64,000 nt of DNA, taken from assembly GCA_963665275.2 (NCBI GenBank), contig CAXXIN010000017.1, positions 96,001-160,000 of the forward strand, read 5' to 3'. The position numbers and the translations under genes were made by a program. The notes under the pieces are model-generated. The model saw nothing but the letters and a program-made list of their open reading frames with translations. It was not told the origin of the DNA and did no database searches. The stretch comes from Negativicutes bacterium (GTDB taxonomy: Bacteria; Bacillota; Negativicutes; UBA1444). Shown piece by piece: positions 18,650 to 28,338 of this stretch. How positions within the stretch are numbered: position 1 is the first letter of the stretch; the number at the start of each line of letters is the position of its first letter.

Positions 18650-20737
18650 ATGCTGCAGCAAATCATCAAAAGAAATCACTCACATGTTCCTTTTCGCAAA
18701 GAAAAAATCATTTTTGCCATTTTTAAAGCCGCTAACGCTGTTGGCGGAACTGATTTTTCCTTGGCAGAAAAGCTGACAGATCAAGTCGTCGCTTGTGCAG
18801 AACAAAAATACCCTGATGGGATAGCTGACGTCGAGGGCATCCAGGATCTCGTTGAAAAAGTTCTCATCGAGGCAGGCCACGCCAAAACAGCCAAGGCCTA
18901 TATCCTGTACCGGGAAAAGCGGCGTTCCGCGCGTGAATCAAACGCACTGATCGGCGCAACCATCAATATGTTCAGCGAATATCTGAATGACAAGGATTGG
19001 CAGATCAATGAAAATGCCAATACCCAAAAGTCCATCAATGGATTGAACAATTATGTGCGAGAAGCGTTCACCCAAAACTACTGGTTACATGAAATTTATC
19101 CAGATGAAATCCGCAATGCCCATTTGTCGGGTGATATCCATATCCACGACTTGGGCTTCTTCGGTCCGTACTGCGCTGGGTGGGATCTCCAGCAAATTTT
19201 ACGAAATGGTTTTGGCGGCGTACCGGGAAAAGTAGAATCCAAACCGCCTAAACATCTCCGTTCTTTTCTGGGACAAATTGTAAACTCCACCTTCACCACA
19301 CAGGGTGAAAGCGCCGGTGCACAAGCCTGGTCCTCTTTCGACACCTATTGCGCTCCATTTATCCGCTATGACAACCTGGACTACAAAACAGTTCGGCAAG
19401 CACTTCAAGAATTCATCTTCAATCTGAATGTTCCCACCCGCGTGGGGTTTCAATGCCCATTTTCCAATCTAACCTTCGATATCGTTCCGCCACGCACGCT
19501 AAAGACTGAACACGTTATTCTTGGCGGACAATACCAGTCAGAAACATACGGAGATTTCCAGCCAGAAATGGATATGCTTAATCTGGCCTTCTGCGATGTG
19601 ATGATGAGCGGTGATTCCAAGGGTCGGGTATTCACATTTCCAATCCCAACCATCAATGTGACCAAAGATTTCGACTGGAACAGCCCCGTAGTAGATAAAT
19701 TCATGGAAATCACCTGCAAATATGGCATCCCGTATTTCTCCAACTACGTCAACTCCGATTTGTCTCCTGAAGACGCCTTGTCAATGTGCTGTCGTCTCCG
19801 ACTGGATACCAAAGAACTGCGAAAACGGGGCGGCGGTCTATTCGGTTCCAACCCCCTGACCGGTTCCATCGGCGTCGTCACGATTAACTTACCCAGACTT
19901 GCTTATATTTCGAAAAGTGAATCGGAGTTCTTCGCACGATTGTGGCAACAGATGAACATTACCGCGAACAGCTTGGAAATCAAACGCAAAGTCATTGAAG
20001 AACAAACAGCTAAAGGGCTGTATCCATATTCGGCAAATTACCTGAAAGCAATCAAAGAAAAAACCGGTCTGTATTGGTTCAACCATTTCAACACCATTGG
20101 CCTCATTGGCATGAATGAAGCCTGCCAAAATCTGTTCGGCGTTGCTTGCGACCTTACCACTCGGCCGGGCCAGCAATTTGCGATAAAAACTCTAAACTAT
20201 ATGCGCAAGGAAATTAAAGAAATCCAGGACAAAACCGGACACTATTATAATCTGGAGGCAACACCGGCCGAAGGAACCAGTTATCGACTCGCAAAAAAAG
20301 ATACGGAACGCTTCGCCGACATCATCACCGCTGGCGAAAAGTTTCCCTTCTACACCAACTCATCGCAACTTCCAGTTGGATTCACGGACGATATTTTCGA
20401 AACCCTGGACCTGCAGGATGAACTGCAATCTCTATATACCGGCGGCACAGTTCTGCATCTCTATCTGGGCGAAGAAATCAAAGATCGATCTATTGCCAAG
20501 CGGTTGATACAAAAAATATTTACACGTTATAAACTGCCTTATATTTCCCTAACGCCCACGTTCTCAGTCTGCAACGATCATGGTTACCTTGCGGGGGAAC
20601 AGCCGACCTGCCCGGAATGCGGCGCTCCGACAGAAATTTGGAGCCGCGTTGTCGGCTATCTGCGCCCGATTCAGAATTACAACAAAGGCAAGCGGGAAGA
20701 GTACGCCCAACGAAAAAAATACGTGATTAACGAGTAA
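18650..20737 (+). CDS. nrdD: Anaerobic (class III) ribonucleoside-triphosphate reductase with ATP cone
   Basis: ATP cone (IQDLVEKVL, AKAYILYR), IHIHDL, TFPIPT, SMCCRL, EATPAEG and glycyl-radical loop SRVVGYL. Confidence 0.96.
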   Translation: MLQQIIKRNHSHVPFRKEKIIFAIFKAANAVGGTDFSLAEKLTDQVVACAEQKYPDGIADVEGIQDLVEKVLIEAGHAKTAKAYILYREKRRSARESNALIGATINMFSEYLNDKDWQINENANTQKSINGLNNYVREAFTQNYWLHEIYPDEIRNAHLSGDIHIHDLGFFGPYCAGWDLQQILRNGFGGVPGKVESKPPKHLRSFLGQIVNSTFTTQGESAGAQAWSSFDTYCAPFIRYDNLDYKTVRQALQEFIFNLNVPTRVGFQCPFSNLTFDIVPPRTLKTEHVILGGQYQSETYGDFQPEMDMLNLAFCDVMMSGDSKGRVFTFPIPTINVTKDFDWNSPVVDKFMEITCKYGIPYFSNYVNSDLSPEDALSMCCRLRLDTKELRKRGGGLFGSNPLTGSIGVVTINLPRLAYISKSESEFFARLWQQMNITANSLEIKRKVIEEQTAKGLYPYSANYLKAIKEKTGLYWFNHFNTIGLIGMNEACQNLFGVACDLTTRPGQQFAIKTLNYMRKEIKEIQDKTGHYYNLEATPAEGTSYRLAKKDTERFADIITAGEKFPFYTNSSQLPVGFTDDIFETLDLQDELQSLYTGGTVLHLYLGEEIKDRSIAKRLIQKIFTRYKLPYISLTPTFSVCNDHGYLAGEQPTCPECGAPTEIWSRVVGYLRPIQNYNKGKREEYAQRKKYVINE

Positions 20738-20743
20738 TCGGCT

Positions 20744-21430
20744 ATGTTAATTGCCGGACTGGTTAAAAGCTCACTCATCGATTATCCCGGACTGATTTCC
20801 TGTGTGCTGTTCACACCGGGCTGCAACTATAGCTGCTTTTATTGTCACAACCGATCACTGATTGATGGAAGTCATGAATTACTCAATCTGCACGAGATTC
20901 AAACTTTTCTCGCCCAACGAATCGGCTTATTGGACGGAGTTGTCATAACTGGCGGAGAACCGACTCTCCAACCCGATTTACCATCCTATATCGCATCTCT
21001 CAAACAACTGGGTTTCAAAGTCAAACTGGATACGAACGGCTCTTCGCCAGATATTATCAAGCATTTACTGGAAGCCGGTTCCTGTGACTATTATGCCGTT
21101 GACTTCAAAGCGCCGCCGCAACGGTACCATGAAATCTGCGGCGACCGCGCTAATCCTGCGAATGTTTTCAGAACTATCAGCCTGCTATTGCAATACAAAG
21201 TTGATTTTGAAGTCAGAACCACCGTACTGCCCCAATTTAGCGATATCGATCTAATCCACATGGCAGAATTGTTGCCGGTCGTTCCTCGTTATCGCTTGAA
21301 TCGGTATCGAAAACCGGAGAAATATCTAATCAGTGATCAACTCCGAGTCAATGATCCGCCTTACTCACAAGATAAAATAAATTCTCTGGCTGCTACAATC
21401 CAATGCTTGCAGCCAAACATAATAGCGTAA
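20744..21430 (+). CDS. nrdG: Anaerobic RNR activating enzyme (radical SAM)
   Basis: DYPG, CNYSCFYCHN, TGGEPT and KLDTNG; adjacent to nrdD. Confidence 0.93.
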   Translation: MLIAGLVKSSLIDYPGLISCVLFTPGCNYSCFYCHNRSLIDGSHELLNLHEIQTFLAQRIGLLDGVVITGGEPTLQPDLPSYIASLKQLGFKVKLDTNGSSPDIIKHLLEAGSCDYYAVDFKAPPQRYHEICGDRANPANVFRTISLLLQYKVDFEVRTTVLPQFSDIDLIHMAELLPVVPRYRLNRYRKPEKYLISDQLRVNDPPYSQDKINSLAATIQCLQPNIIA

Positions 21431-21433
21431 ATG

Positions 21434-21464
21434 AATCAACCACTCAGAAAACGGGTGGTTGATT
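21434..21464. terminator. Bidirectional terminator between convergent genes
   Basis: AATCAACCAC...GTGGTTGATT hairpin. Confidence 0.7.
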
Positions 21465-21468
21465 TCAG

Positions 21469-21942
21469 TTACGCTTCTGTTCGGCCATGACGCCAACAGT
21501 TACGCCTACAAAATCTTCCTTGGGAAGCTTTCTCACAGGCAACTTTAAGCGAGCCGCAGGCAGGGCAAGTATATTCACCGTTTTTTATTGACTCCAGATT
21601 CTCAAAACTTTCCATCCAAATTTTACCGCAATCCATACATTTTACCGCACAAATATTACGCGTAAAATTGCCACCTTCAACATTTATAGCTTTTCCATTA
21701 ATCAAACTGTCGGCAATTTTTTCTCGTGCTGAAATTAGGATACGCTGAAAAGTCGGCCGTGATACCTCCATTTTTTCGGCGCACTCGCCTTGCTCCAAAC
21801 CCTCTAAATCTTTAAGACGGATAGCTTCCAATTCTTCCATTTTTAAAGTGTTTTTCGGCCCCTCTAGCTCTTTTTCGGAGGGAATAAAATTGAGAACGGA
21901 AGGAACGTTCTCAATTTTTCTCCACTTAATCGGTCTTGCCAA
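21469..21942 (-). CDS. DUF134 protein with C-terminal Zn-ribbon/Cys-rich domain
   Basis: EELEAIRLKDLEGL.Q.ECA..M.VSRPTF, plus CMDC...CPAC. Confidence 0.9.
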   Translation of the reverse strand: MARPIKWRKIENVPSVLNFIPSEKELEGPKNTLKMEELEAIRLKDLEGLEQGECAEKMEVSRPTFQRILISAREKIADSLINGKAINVEGGNFTRNICAVKCMDCGKIWMESFENLESIKNGEYTCPACGSLKVACEKASQGRFCRRNCWRHGRTEA

Positions 21943-22270
21943 AACTATCAGCTCCGTTTGGTTTGTTTGTTTTTAATCTATTAATTTCTTCTTCCACCTC
22001 CCGAGCACCTTCTCCATAAAACTTTTCTTCATCTGGAGCTATTTCTTTCAACAACCTGAGAAATTCTCCCGCATGAACTCTTTCTTCGTCAGCTATATCC
22101 TGTAATACTTCAATTGCCAATTCATTGTCCGTGGATTCGGCCAACTGCATATATAACTGGATGGCTTCATATTCGGCGGAAATCATGAACCTGATGGCTC
22201 TGATCAACTCTTGTTGAGTCAACTTGCGCTCTTTAGCCAGCCCGGAAAACGGATTCCCAAAATCAGGCAT
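21926..22270 (-). CDS. Short ferritin-like/rubrerythrin-family protein
   Basis: AEYEAIQLY..LA and DIADEERVHAGEF (diiron ExxH-type motif). Confidence 0.85.
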   Translation of the reverse strand: MPDFGNPFSGLAKERKLTQQELIRAIRFMISAEYEAIQLYMQLAESTDNELAIEVLQDIADEERVHAGEFLRLLKEIAPDEEKFYGEGAREVEEEINRLKTNKPNGADSFGKTD

Positions 22271-22318
22271 CGTAGTTCCCCTCTCTAAATTTTATTGATT
22301 GAGCTTTCATTATCGAAA

Positions 22319-22810
22319 TCAAATAAAGTCGATAGCCGAAAAATCAATATTTCCCTTATCGTCAACCAATTGTTGATCGGCATGGACGTACTCGATTTTA
22401 CCGATAAACATCTCGTGGGATCCAGTTACAATCGAATCAACGATCGTGCATTCAATATTCACCGGACAATCCAGCAGAATCGGCGCATTGATCTTCTTAC
22501 CGTCGGCGAGTTTCACCTTCGCATCTGCCAATTTATCCCCGTCGCGTTTACTATGACTGCCCAAATAAGCAAACGTTTCCTGATTCTTTTTATCGACCAG
22601 ATTTACGACGAAGCATCCTGACTCCTTAATCATTTGATACGAATACCGAGTCGGCACAATACCGACCATCACCATGGGTGGACTATAACTGCAATTCCCA
22701 CAATACGCGACGGCCAGCACATTGTTTTCGCCATTTAAACCGCGGCAAGACACCAACACTTTGGGCAGAGGTTGAAGACACGATTTCATATTAGCTGAAC
22801 TTTTCTCCAT
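22319..22810 (-). CDS. Flavin reductase-like FMN-binding protein (flavoredoxin family)
   Basis: PLPKVLVS, PPMVMVGI..RYS..I..SG.FVVN, CPVNIEC and GSHEMFIG. Confidence 0.88.
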   Translation of the reverse strand: MEKSSANMKSCLQPLPKVLVSCRGLNGENNVLAVAYCGNCSYSPPMVMVGIVPTRYSYQMIKESGCFVVNLVDKKNQETFAYLGSHSKRDGDKLADAKVKLADGKKINAPILLDCPVNIECTIVDSIVTGSHEMFIGKIEYVHADQQLVDDKGNIDFSAIDFI

Positions 22811-22857
22811 TTTATTCAACTCCTAGATAATAAACTGGGTTCATCTGCATTTTTTTC

Positions 22858-23733
22858 CTATGCGTTCTGACCGGCTGTAACTAGCATTCGAAGTGTTTTG
22901 GCATATACGTCTTTTGCGGCGCTACCTGCCGAGCAATCCATATCAACAATGGTCCGACCTTGATTGACCGCTTCCACAACCTTGGGATCAAAGGGAATTT
23001 TACCGACGAAAGGTAAATCAAATTTTTGGCAATACGAGACGATCTCCTCGGTTTTCACAAAGTTGGTATTATACTTGTTGATACACACGGCGACTTTGGT
23101 TTGAAACCCTTTGGCAGTTTTAATAATACGCTCCATATCACTGATACCGGATACCGAAGGTTCCGCAACAATCAGGACCATATCCACACCGCTAAGAGAA
23201 GCAATGACAGGGCAACCGATGCCTGGTGAACCGTCAATGATAGCGACTTCGGCGTCTTCGCCTGCTGATTTCATCTGCTTCTTTACTTCCGTGACCAACA
23301 TACCGGAGGTTCCACTGCCCATCTTGAGCTGCGCCGTGGAAAACACCGCATCATCCACATAAAGCATCAGCTCTCCAGCGACCGCAGCCTTGAGCGTTAT
23401 GGCGCCAACCGGGCAAATCTTTTCACACACGCCGCAGCCTTCGCATGCGTACTCATCCACCGTATAATGGTAGTCTGCGTCAATAGCATCAAACCGGCAG
23501 TTTCGCCGACACAAATCACACTTCAAGCACAAGTCTGGATTGATTTCCGCCTTTGGCAATCCGAAATAATCAGATCGTTGCGGTGACGTGGTCTGGTTCA
23601 TGACCAAATGCAAGTTAGGCGCATCCACGTCGCAATCCGCATAGGCCTTGGCTTTTGACAACTTAATAAAAGCCCCCGCAATCGTCGTTTTCCCTGTGCC
23701 GCCTTTGCCGCTAAGAATTAACAACTGTTTCAC
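22858..23733 (-). CDS. MinD-superfamily P-loop ATPase with inserted 2x[4Fe-4S] ferredoxin domain
   Basis: SGKGGTGKT, DCDVDAPN, CLKCDLC...C, CEGCGVC...CP and DGSPGIGCPV. Confidence 0.92.
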   Translation of the reverse strand: MKQLLILSGKGGTGKTTIAGAFIKLSKAKAYADCDVDAPNLHLVMNQTTSPQRSDYFGLPKAEINPDLCLKCDLCRRNCRFDAIDADYHYTVDEYACEGCGVCEKICPVGAITLKAAVAGELMLYVDDAVFSTAQLKMGSGTSGMLVTEVKKQMKSAGEDAEVAIIDGSPGIGCPVIASLSGVDMVLIVAEPSVSGISDMERIIKTAKGFQTKVAVCINKYNTNFVKTEEIVSYCQKFDLPFVGKIPFDPKVVEAVNQGRTIVDMDCSAGSAAKDVYAKTLRMLVTAGQNA

Positions 23734-24568
23734 GCCGCACCTCCTTGGTCACAATTTGAAGCAGGGCAGAGAACAACTCCCGATATTTCGGATGTTCTCT
23801 TACCAAAATGCGCGCATTGGAATTCAGCGTTCCGATCTCGGTATCAAAAGGGATTCTGCCCAATATTTTGATATTCTTATCGATACAGAAAAGTTCAGCA
23901 GGATTGTCCCCTTCCAGGCACTTGTTTAGTATCGCGCCGTGCGGTTTATCAAAAAGCTTAACCAACTCATAAACCATGTTAAAATTATGAACGCCAAACA
24001 AGGTCGGCTCCCCAACCAATATGCAATAATCCGCATCTTTGATGCTTTCCATGACAATACAGGCACTCCCTGGCGGGCAATCAATAAACGTGATTTCCTT
24101 TCCACCCGAAGGGGTATCGAGGAGCTTCTTGATAATTGGAATTCCAGAAGCTTCACCGGTATTCAATATGCCTGTAATGACAGAAACGTTTTCCGATGTC
24201 CCGCTTTGAATCTCTCCAATGATTTTGTCTTTCTCCGACAGGGCTTTGACGGGGCAAAACAGTATGCAACCTCCACAGGAATGGCATATTGTTTCAAAAA
24301 TCTTCAATTGTTTATTAATATAGGCTAGTGCATTGAATTTGCAAAAATCAACGCACATGCGGCAGCCATTGCAAAGGGTTTCATCGACAACCGGAATCTT
24401 GACCGAAATTTTTTCCGACGTAATATCTTTTGGCTTGAAAAAAAGGTGCCCATTTGGTTCTTCCACGTCACAATCGATATAGACAGCTTCATCAGCTGCT
24501 GCCGCCAGATTAACGGATAAAAGTGTTTTTCCTGTACCGCCCTTGCCGCTCAAAACGGCGATCTTCAT
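23711..24568 (-). CDS. Second MinD-superfamily ATPase with inserted ferredoxin domain
   Basis: SGKGGTGKT, DCDVEEPN, CNGCRMC...C, CHSCGGC...CP, DCPPG and EPTLFG. Confidence 0.92.
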   Translation of the reverse strand: MKIAVLSGKGGTGKTLLSVNLAAAADEAVYIDCDVEEPNGHLFFKPKDITSEKISVKIPVVDETLCNGCRMCVDFCKFNALAYINKQLKIFETICHSCGGCILFCPVKALSEKDKIIGEIQSGTSENVSVITGILNTGEASGIPIIKKLLDTPSGGKEITFIDCPPGSACIVMESIKDADYCILVGEPTLFGVHNFNMVYELVKLFDKPHGAILNKCLEGDNPAELFCIDKNIKILGRIPFDTEIGTLNSNARILVREHPKYRELFSALLQIVTKEVRRETVVNS

Positions 24569-24939
24569 TTTATTTTCCCCCCATGATTATGAAATCCAGC
24601 ATGGATATCTTCGAGTAAAGACAGCTTCCCAGCATTGAAAGCAATGATATTGTCCATAATGGAATCATTCATCGTTTTATACATTTTCAGATTGGCGGTC
24701 TTGATTACGGATGCGGCATTATCGCCACATTGGGGAACCAGCAACGCAACAGCACCACTATCCACAACGGCTTGCGCCGCCTTAATCCCGGCGCCACCTT
24801 GACTGGCTGCAGCACTGTTGTCGAAAAAAGCGCTTGTTTGTGCTTCGGTGTCATAAATAAGAAAATATGGGGTGCGCCCAAACGATGAGGCAACTGTTGA
24901 TTCCAGGGATTTGTTGTTGACCGGAATTGCAATTTTCAT
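24565..24939 (-). CDS. NifB/NifX-family (ORP-like) protein; paralog of 15984-16340
   Basis: MKIAIPV..FGRTPYFLI..GGAGIKAAQ..CGDNA. Confidence 0.9.
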   Translation of the reverse strand: MKIAIPVNNKSLESTVASSFGRTPYFLIYDTEAQTSAFFDNSAAASQGGAGIKAAQAVVDSGAVALLVPQCGDNAASVIKTANLKMYKTMNDSIMDNIIAFNAGKLSLLEDIHAGFHNHGGKIK

Positions 24940-24961
24940 AGTATATCCCCCTTCAATTTTG

Positions 24962-25207
24962 TTATTCCCTTACCATAGCTGAACCGCATTGCGGACATTG
25001 AACCGAACTACAGGCCTGGGCGCGTTGATGCGGCACTTTGGCGCCACACTGCGGACATACGCAAAAGCCTACCGGACCGGCGCCAATAGATCCGCCCACC
25101 GAGGCTCCACTGCTATTCGCCTGATTACCAATACCCCGCCCCATGCCTCGTCTCCTTCCTCCGCCACCGCCCGAACCCACGGGTCCTGTTCCATCTCTTC
25201 GCGGCAT
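24962..25207 (-). CDS. Small Gly/Arg-rich protein (DUF5320-like start) with Cys-rich ribbon
   Basis: MPRRDGTGP, then CVCPQCG...C....CPQCG. SD GGGGAGG. Confidence 0.8.
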   Translation of the reverse strand: MPRRDGTGPVGSGGGGGRRRGMGRGIGNQANSSGASVGGSIGAGPVGFCVCPQCGAKVPHQRAQACSSVQCPQCGSAMVRE

Positions 25208-25272
25208 ATTCAGCACCTCCCCTCAATTTTAAGAAATCAATTTTTCAAATTGCCTTTCAATTTTCATTGCCG

Positions 25273-25323
25273 TTATGTTCTTATGCTCATAACTATAATG
25301 TTATTATGGATATATGTCAATTT
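25273..25323 (-). promoter_or_regulatory. Promoter with paired 20-bp palindromic operators (site 3)
   Basis: TTATGTTCTTATGCTCATAA (25273-25292) and TTATGGATATATGTCAATTT (25304-25323). Minus strand reads TTGACA-17-TATAGT. Confidence 0.75.
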
Positions 25324-25337
25324 GTTTAGCATTCAAA

Positions 25338-26297
25338 TCAGGCTTTCCCGCGATCATCTTGTATGTTTTTTCGGTAGAATTTTTTTCCTTCATACCAGAA
25401 CTCCAACAGTTTCCCACACGCCACGAGCGCTTCAACATCACTCGGGTCCTCTTCCTGCTTTTTCAGCATTTCATCGACAATCTCCGCCCTCAATGGATGC
25501 ACAGCAGTGATGCCCAATAGATCCTCGACAACGTTTCCCGTGAAGAAGAAACCGTCTTCCCGTTCATCTCCGGTAATCCATTCCACTGGCACACCCGCCA
25601 ATCGGCGAATCAAACGAGCCGCTTCAAGCAACTTTTGATTCGAAGCTCGCTCAACATTCGGTTCCGCTGGTGGACGAGTCGGAACCAGCACGTATGCCTT
25701 TTCCGGTTTTATGATCGCCAGTTGCCCGGCAAGTTTTATAAGATCTTCCGTCGCATCATTCACCCCATCCACAAGCATAGTTTCTGTCACTAGCGAACCC
25801 TTAAACAGCTTGGCGAATTCTCCTATCCCATCGAGAATTTGTTGAATATTTAAAGTGCCATGGGGACGATCAATTTCACGCCAAATCTTCTCATCCACCG
25901 CATCAATTTTCACCGATACCCAGTCAGCCCTCAACAAATCCTTTCTAACATCATCCTTCCATAACAGAGAAGCATTGGTGATCACGGCGATTTTTACATT
26001 CAACCGCTTTAACAAAGCAATTTCTGTTCCGAGATTGATATCCAGCGTAGGTTCCCCATCAGGAACAAACGACAAATAATCAACAAACTTTCCGCTTGTT
26101 TCCACTTGTTTTAGTTTCTGTTCGACCTCAAGGAAAATTTCTTCCGGTGAATAAAATTCACGTCGTACAATCTGCATTTTATCGGTTCTGCCCAGTTGAC
26201 AATAGCAGCAGGAGTAGGAACAGGTCTTGGGGGGAATATGATTGATCCCCAGACTTTGCCCCAGCCTTCGTGACGGTACCGGCCCATAAATGATCAT
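25338..26297 (-). CDS. Radical SAM protein (COG0731-like)
   Basis: YGPVPSRRLG.SLG, CSYSCCYCQLG and GEPTL. Confidence 0.9.
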   Translation of the reverse strand: MIIYGPVPSRRLGQSLGINHIPPKTCSYSCCYCQLGRTDKMQIVRREFYSPEEIFLEVEQKLKQVETSGKFVDYLSFVPDGEPTLDINLGTEIALLKRLNVKIAVITNASLLWKDDVRKDLLRADWVSVKIDAVDEKIWREIDRPHGTLNIQQILDGIGEFAKLFKGSLVTETMLVDGVNDATEDLIKLAGQLAIIKPEKAYVLVPTRPPAEPNVERASNQKLLEAARLIRRLAGVPVEWITGDEREDGFFFTGNVVEDLLGITAVHPLRAEIVDEMLKKQEEDPSDVEALVACGKLLEFWYEGKKFYRKNIQDDRGKA

Positions 26298-26303
26298 GTG
26301 GTT

Positions 26304-26780
26304 TCACCTGCTTTCAAGAACGCAGGGCTCTCCTTCAGGAACGATTTTATCAATAAACAGTATTCCCTCCAAATGATCAATTTCGTGACAAAAAGCGCGA
26401 GCTGTTAATCCCGTTCCGGTAATTTCAACAAATTCGCCATGTTCATTGAGCGCCTGAACAACCACTATTTCGGGTCGTTTCACCATCCCGTACCTTCCTG
26501 GAATACTTAGACAGCCTTCCGAATCCAACTGTTCGCCTACCGTTTCAACTATTACAGGATTCACCAGTTTGATTAAGCCATCTCCGACGTCAACGATAAC
26601 CACCCTTTTCAGGACCCCAATCTGTGGAGCCGCCAATCCAACCCCTGACGAAAAATACATGGTGTCCACCATATCTTGCAATAACGATAGGATTTCGGCA
26701 TCTACTTTTTCTACAGGTCGTGCCTTGCCACGCAATACAGTATCCTGCCAGAGATGTTTCATAATTTCGCGAAGTGCCAT
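26304..26780 (-). CDS. def: Peptide deformylase
   Basis: GVGLAAPQ, EGCLS and HEIDH motifs. Confidence 0.92.
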   Translation of the reverse strand: MALREIMKHLWQDTVLRGKARPVEKVDAEILSLLQDMVDTMYFSSGVGLAAPQIGVLKRVVIVDVGDGLIKLVNPVIVETVGEQLDSEGCLSIPGRYGMVKRPEIVVVQALNEHGEFVEITGTGLTARAFCHEIDHLEGILFIDKIVPEGEPCVLESR

Positions 26781-26810
26781 ATACTTCTCTCCACATTCAA
26801 TAATAGTCAT

Positions 26811-26843
26811 GGAAAGACAGGTGGTTAAACCACCTGTCTTTCC
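26811..26843 (-). terminator. Hairpin after DUF5320 copy 1
   Basis: GGAAAGACAGGTGGT-taa-ACCACCTGTCTTTCC, a perfect stem. Confidence 0.65.
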
Positions 26844-26858
26844 AAACGTCGAAGGCTT

Positions 26859-27182
26859 TTACTCAGCATTTGAAGAAATACTTTCCAAACGCCGTTTCAC
26901 TTGTTGCAACTGCATTTCCAAAAAATTCATTTGATTGGTCAACAACTCTTTTTCATTACCAACGGGATCATTTACACCAGCGTATGGCTGAGTCATAAAT
27001 CGGTTTCGCGCCTGTAAGCCAGCTCCACGCATCATTCCACCAGTACCACGCCGGCAACCAAAGCCACCAAACATACCTGGAGTGTTCATTGCGCCCGGCA
27101 CAGCAAACCCTGAACAAAAACCGGCGCCACGCCCTGTCTTTGAACCCATTCCCATCGGACCGGTTCCATCTCCTCTTGGCAT
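26859..27182 (-). CDS. DUF5320-family protein (copy 1)
   Basis: MPRGDGTGPMG.G..TGRGAGFC.G, a Gly-rich segment and a C-terminal coiled coil. Confidence 0.88.
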   Translation of the reverse strand: MPRGDGTGPMGMGSKTGRGAGFCSGFAVPGAMNTPGMFGGFGCRRGTGGMMRGAGLQARNRFMTQPYAGVNDPVGNEKELLTNQMNFLEMQLQQVKRRLESISSNAE

Positions 27183-27237
27183 ATTTTTTCACTCCTTAAT
27201 TATTTTTTCGGCATCATACGATTTCGATTCGGCACCG

Positions 27238-27291
27238 TTATTGTCATATGCCCATAATTATAGTAACTCAGTTACGGATATATGTCAACAA
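27238..27291 (-). promoter_or_regulatory. Promoter with paired 20-bp palindromic operators (site 4)
   Basis: TTATTGTCATATGCCCATAA (27238-27257) and TTACGGATATATGTCAACAA (27272-27291). Confidence 0.75.
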
Positions 27292-27396
27292 CTATTTTTT
27301 TCTCGCTCCCCAGTACGTTTGTACAAATTTGAACTCAGCCTTTTCTTGGCGGTACCGTTTGAAAAGGTAATTGGTTTCACAGCATCGGCAGAGCCA

Positions 27397-27801
27397 TTGA
27401 GAAATATTGCAATAGACATTTTTAAATTGCTATCTGCAATCTTAATTCTCGTGTTTTTCTTGGCAGGCTTCCCTATTTCAAGCGTATGTTTTTCGGAAAT
27501 CCAGCAACATATCACCGAAAAAGACGCGGAGGGAAATGAAATCACGCTTCTGGCGAAATGTGAACCGGACAGAAATGTTCCCCAATGGAGAATTTGTCAT
27601 AAATTCGCCGAGAGCCGTTTGAGCGCTCTGCAGGTGATCGATATTTTGTCCGCCCTTCAGGAAGACTGGTGTGAAAATACTGCCGGTATCTATCTGAAAC
27701 GCAGCTATCAGTTGCCTCACTGCCCATACACACAGATATATAAGAACAAATTTCAACCAAAACAACACTTCTTCGCTCCTGCGCTTCCCCTTTTGGGCTG
27801 A
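27397..27801 (+). CDS. Hypothetical protein with N-terminal TM/signal (start uncertain)
   Basis: Open frame with hydrophobic LLSAILILVFFLAG. No family recognised and no clear SD. Confidence 0.35.
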   Translation: MRNIAIDIFKLLSAILILVFFLAGFPISSVCFSEIQQHITEKDAEGNEITLLAKCEPDRNVPQWRICHKFAESRLSALQVIDILSALQEDWCENTAGIYLKRSYQLPHCPYTQIYKNKFQPKQHFFAPALPLLG

Positions 27802-27908
27802 ATACCGACAACGCCGACAACTTCAAGTAGCACTTGATCACATCTTCAGCGTAACCGCAATAGGCGCTTTTTTTTGAAGCTTGATACATTTACACATAAA
27901 TATTCTGC

Positions 27909-27962
27909 TTGATTAAATAGTATTTTATGTTATAATCCTAATATCTTAATATATTAATATTA
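27909..27962 (+). promoter_or_regulatory. Promoter and AT-rich ArsR-type operator
   Basis: TTGATT (27909) and TGtTATAAT (-10 at 27931). Imperfect inverted repeat TAATAT...ATATTA at 27939-27962. Confidence 0.5.
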
Positions 27963-27984
27963 TAATTATTGTAGAGGAAGTTTC

Positions 27985-28299
27985 ATGTTGCACATTTATC
28001 GGACAGACCCTGAATTGTTCATAGCTCTGGCAGATACTCTAAAGGCCTTGGCCCATCCCCAAAGGCTTTGCATCGTCAAGACTTTGTGCGAAAAGAAACA
28101 GTCGAATGTAACCGATATGCAAATTTGCCTTGGCGAAGCGCAATCCACTGTTTCCCAACATCTGTCCAAACTGAAATCGGCAAAAATCATTACTGGGAAG
28201 AGAGAAGGAACGACCATCTTCTATTCACTTTATGATGAAAAAACCCGAAAGCTGGTTCAATCACTCCTAAATGAATTCTTCCCGGAAACGAAACCATAA
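27985..28299 (+). CDS. ArsR/SmtB regulator (BigR/SqrR-like branch possible)
   Basis: LKALAHPQRLCI, QSTVSQHL and REG..IFYSL. Confidence 0.9.
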   Translation: MLHIYRTDPELFIALADTLKALAHPQRLCIVKTLCEKKQSNVTDMQICLGEAQSTVSQHLSKLKSAKIITGKREGTTIFYSLYDEKTRKLVQSLLNEFFPETKP

Positions 28300-28338
28300 G
28301 ACCGAAATCTACCAAATTATATGAGGAGGATGAAGTTA

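Noticed and set aside
14674-24939. Nitrogen fixation cluster suggested by NifX/NifU-like genes
   Set aside because: There is no nifHDK or nifEN; the composition matches ORP-type clusters.
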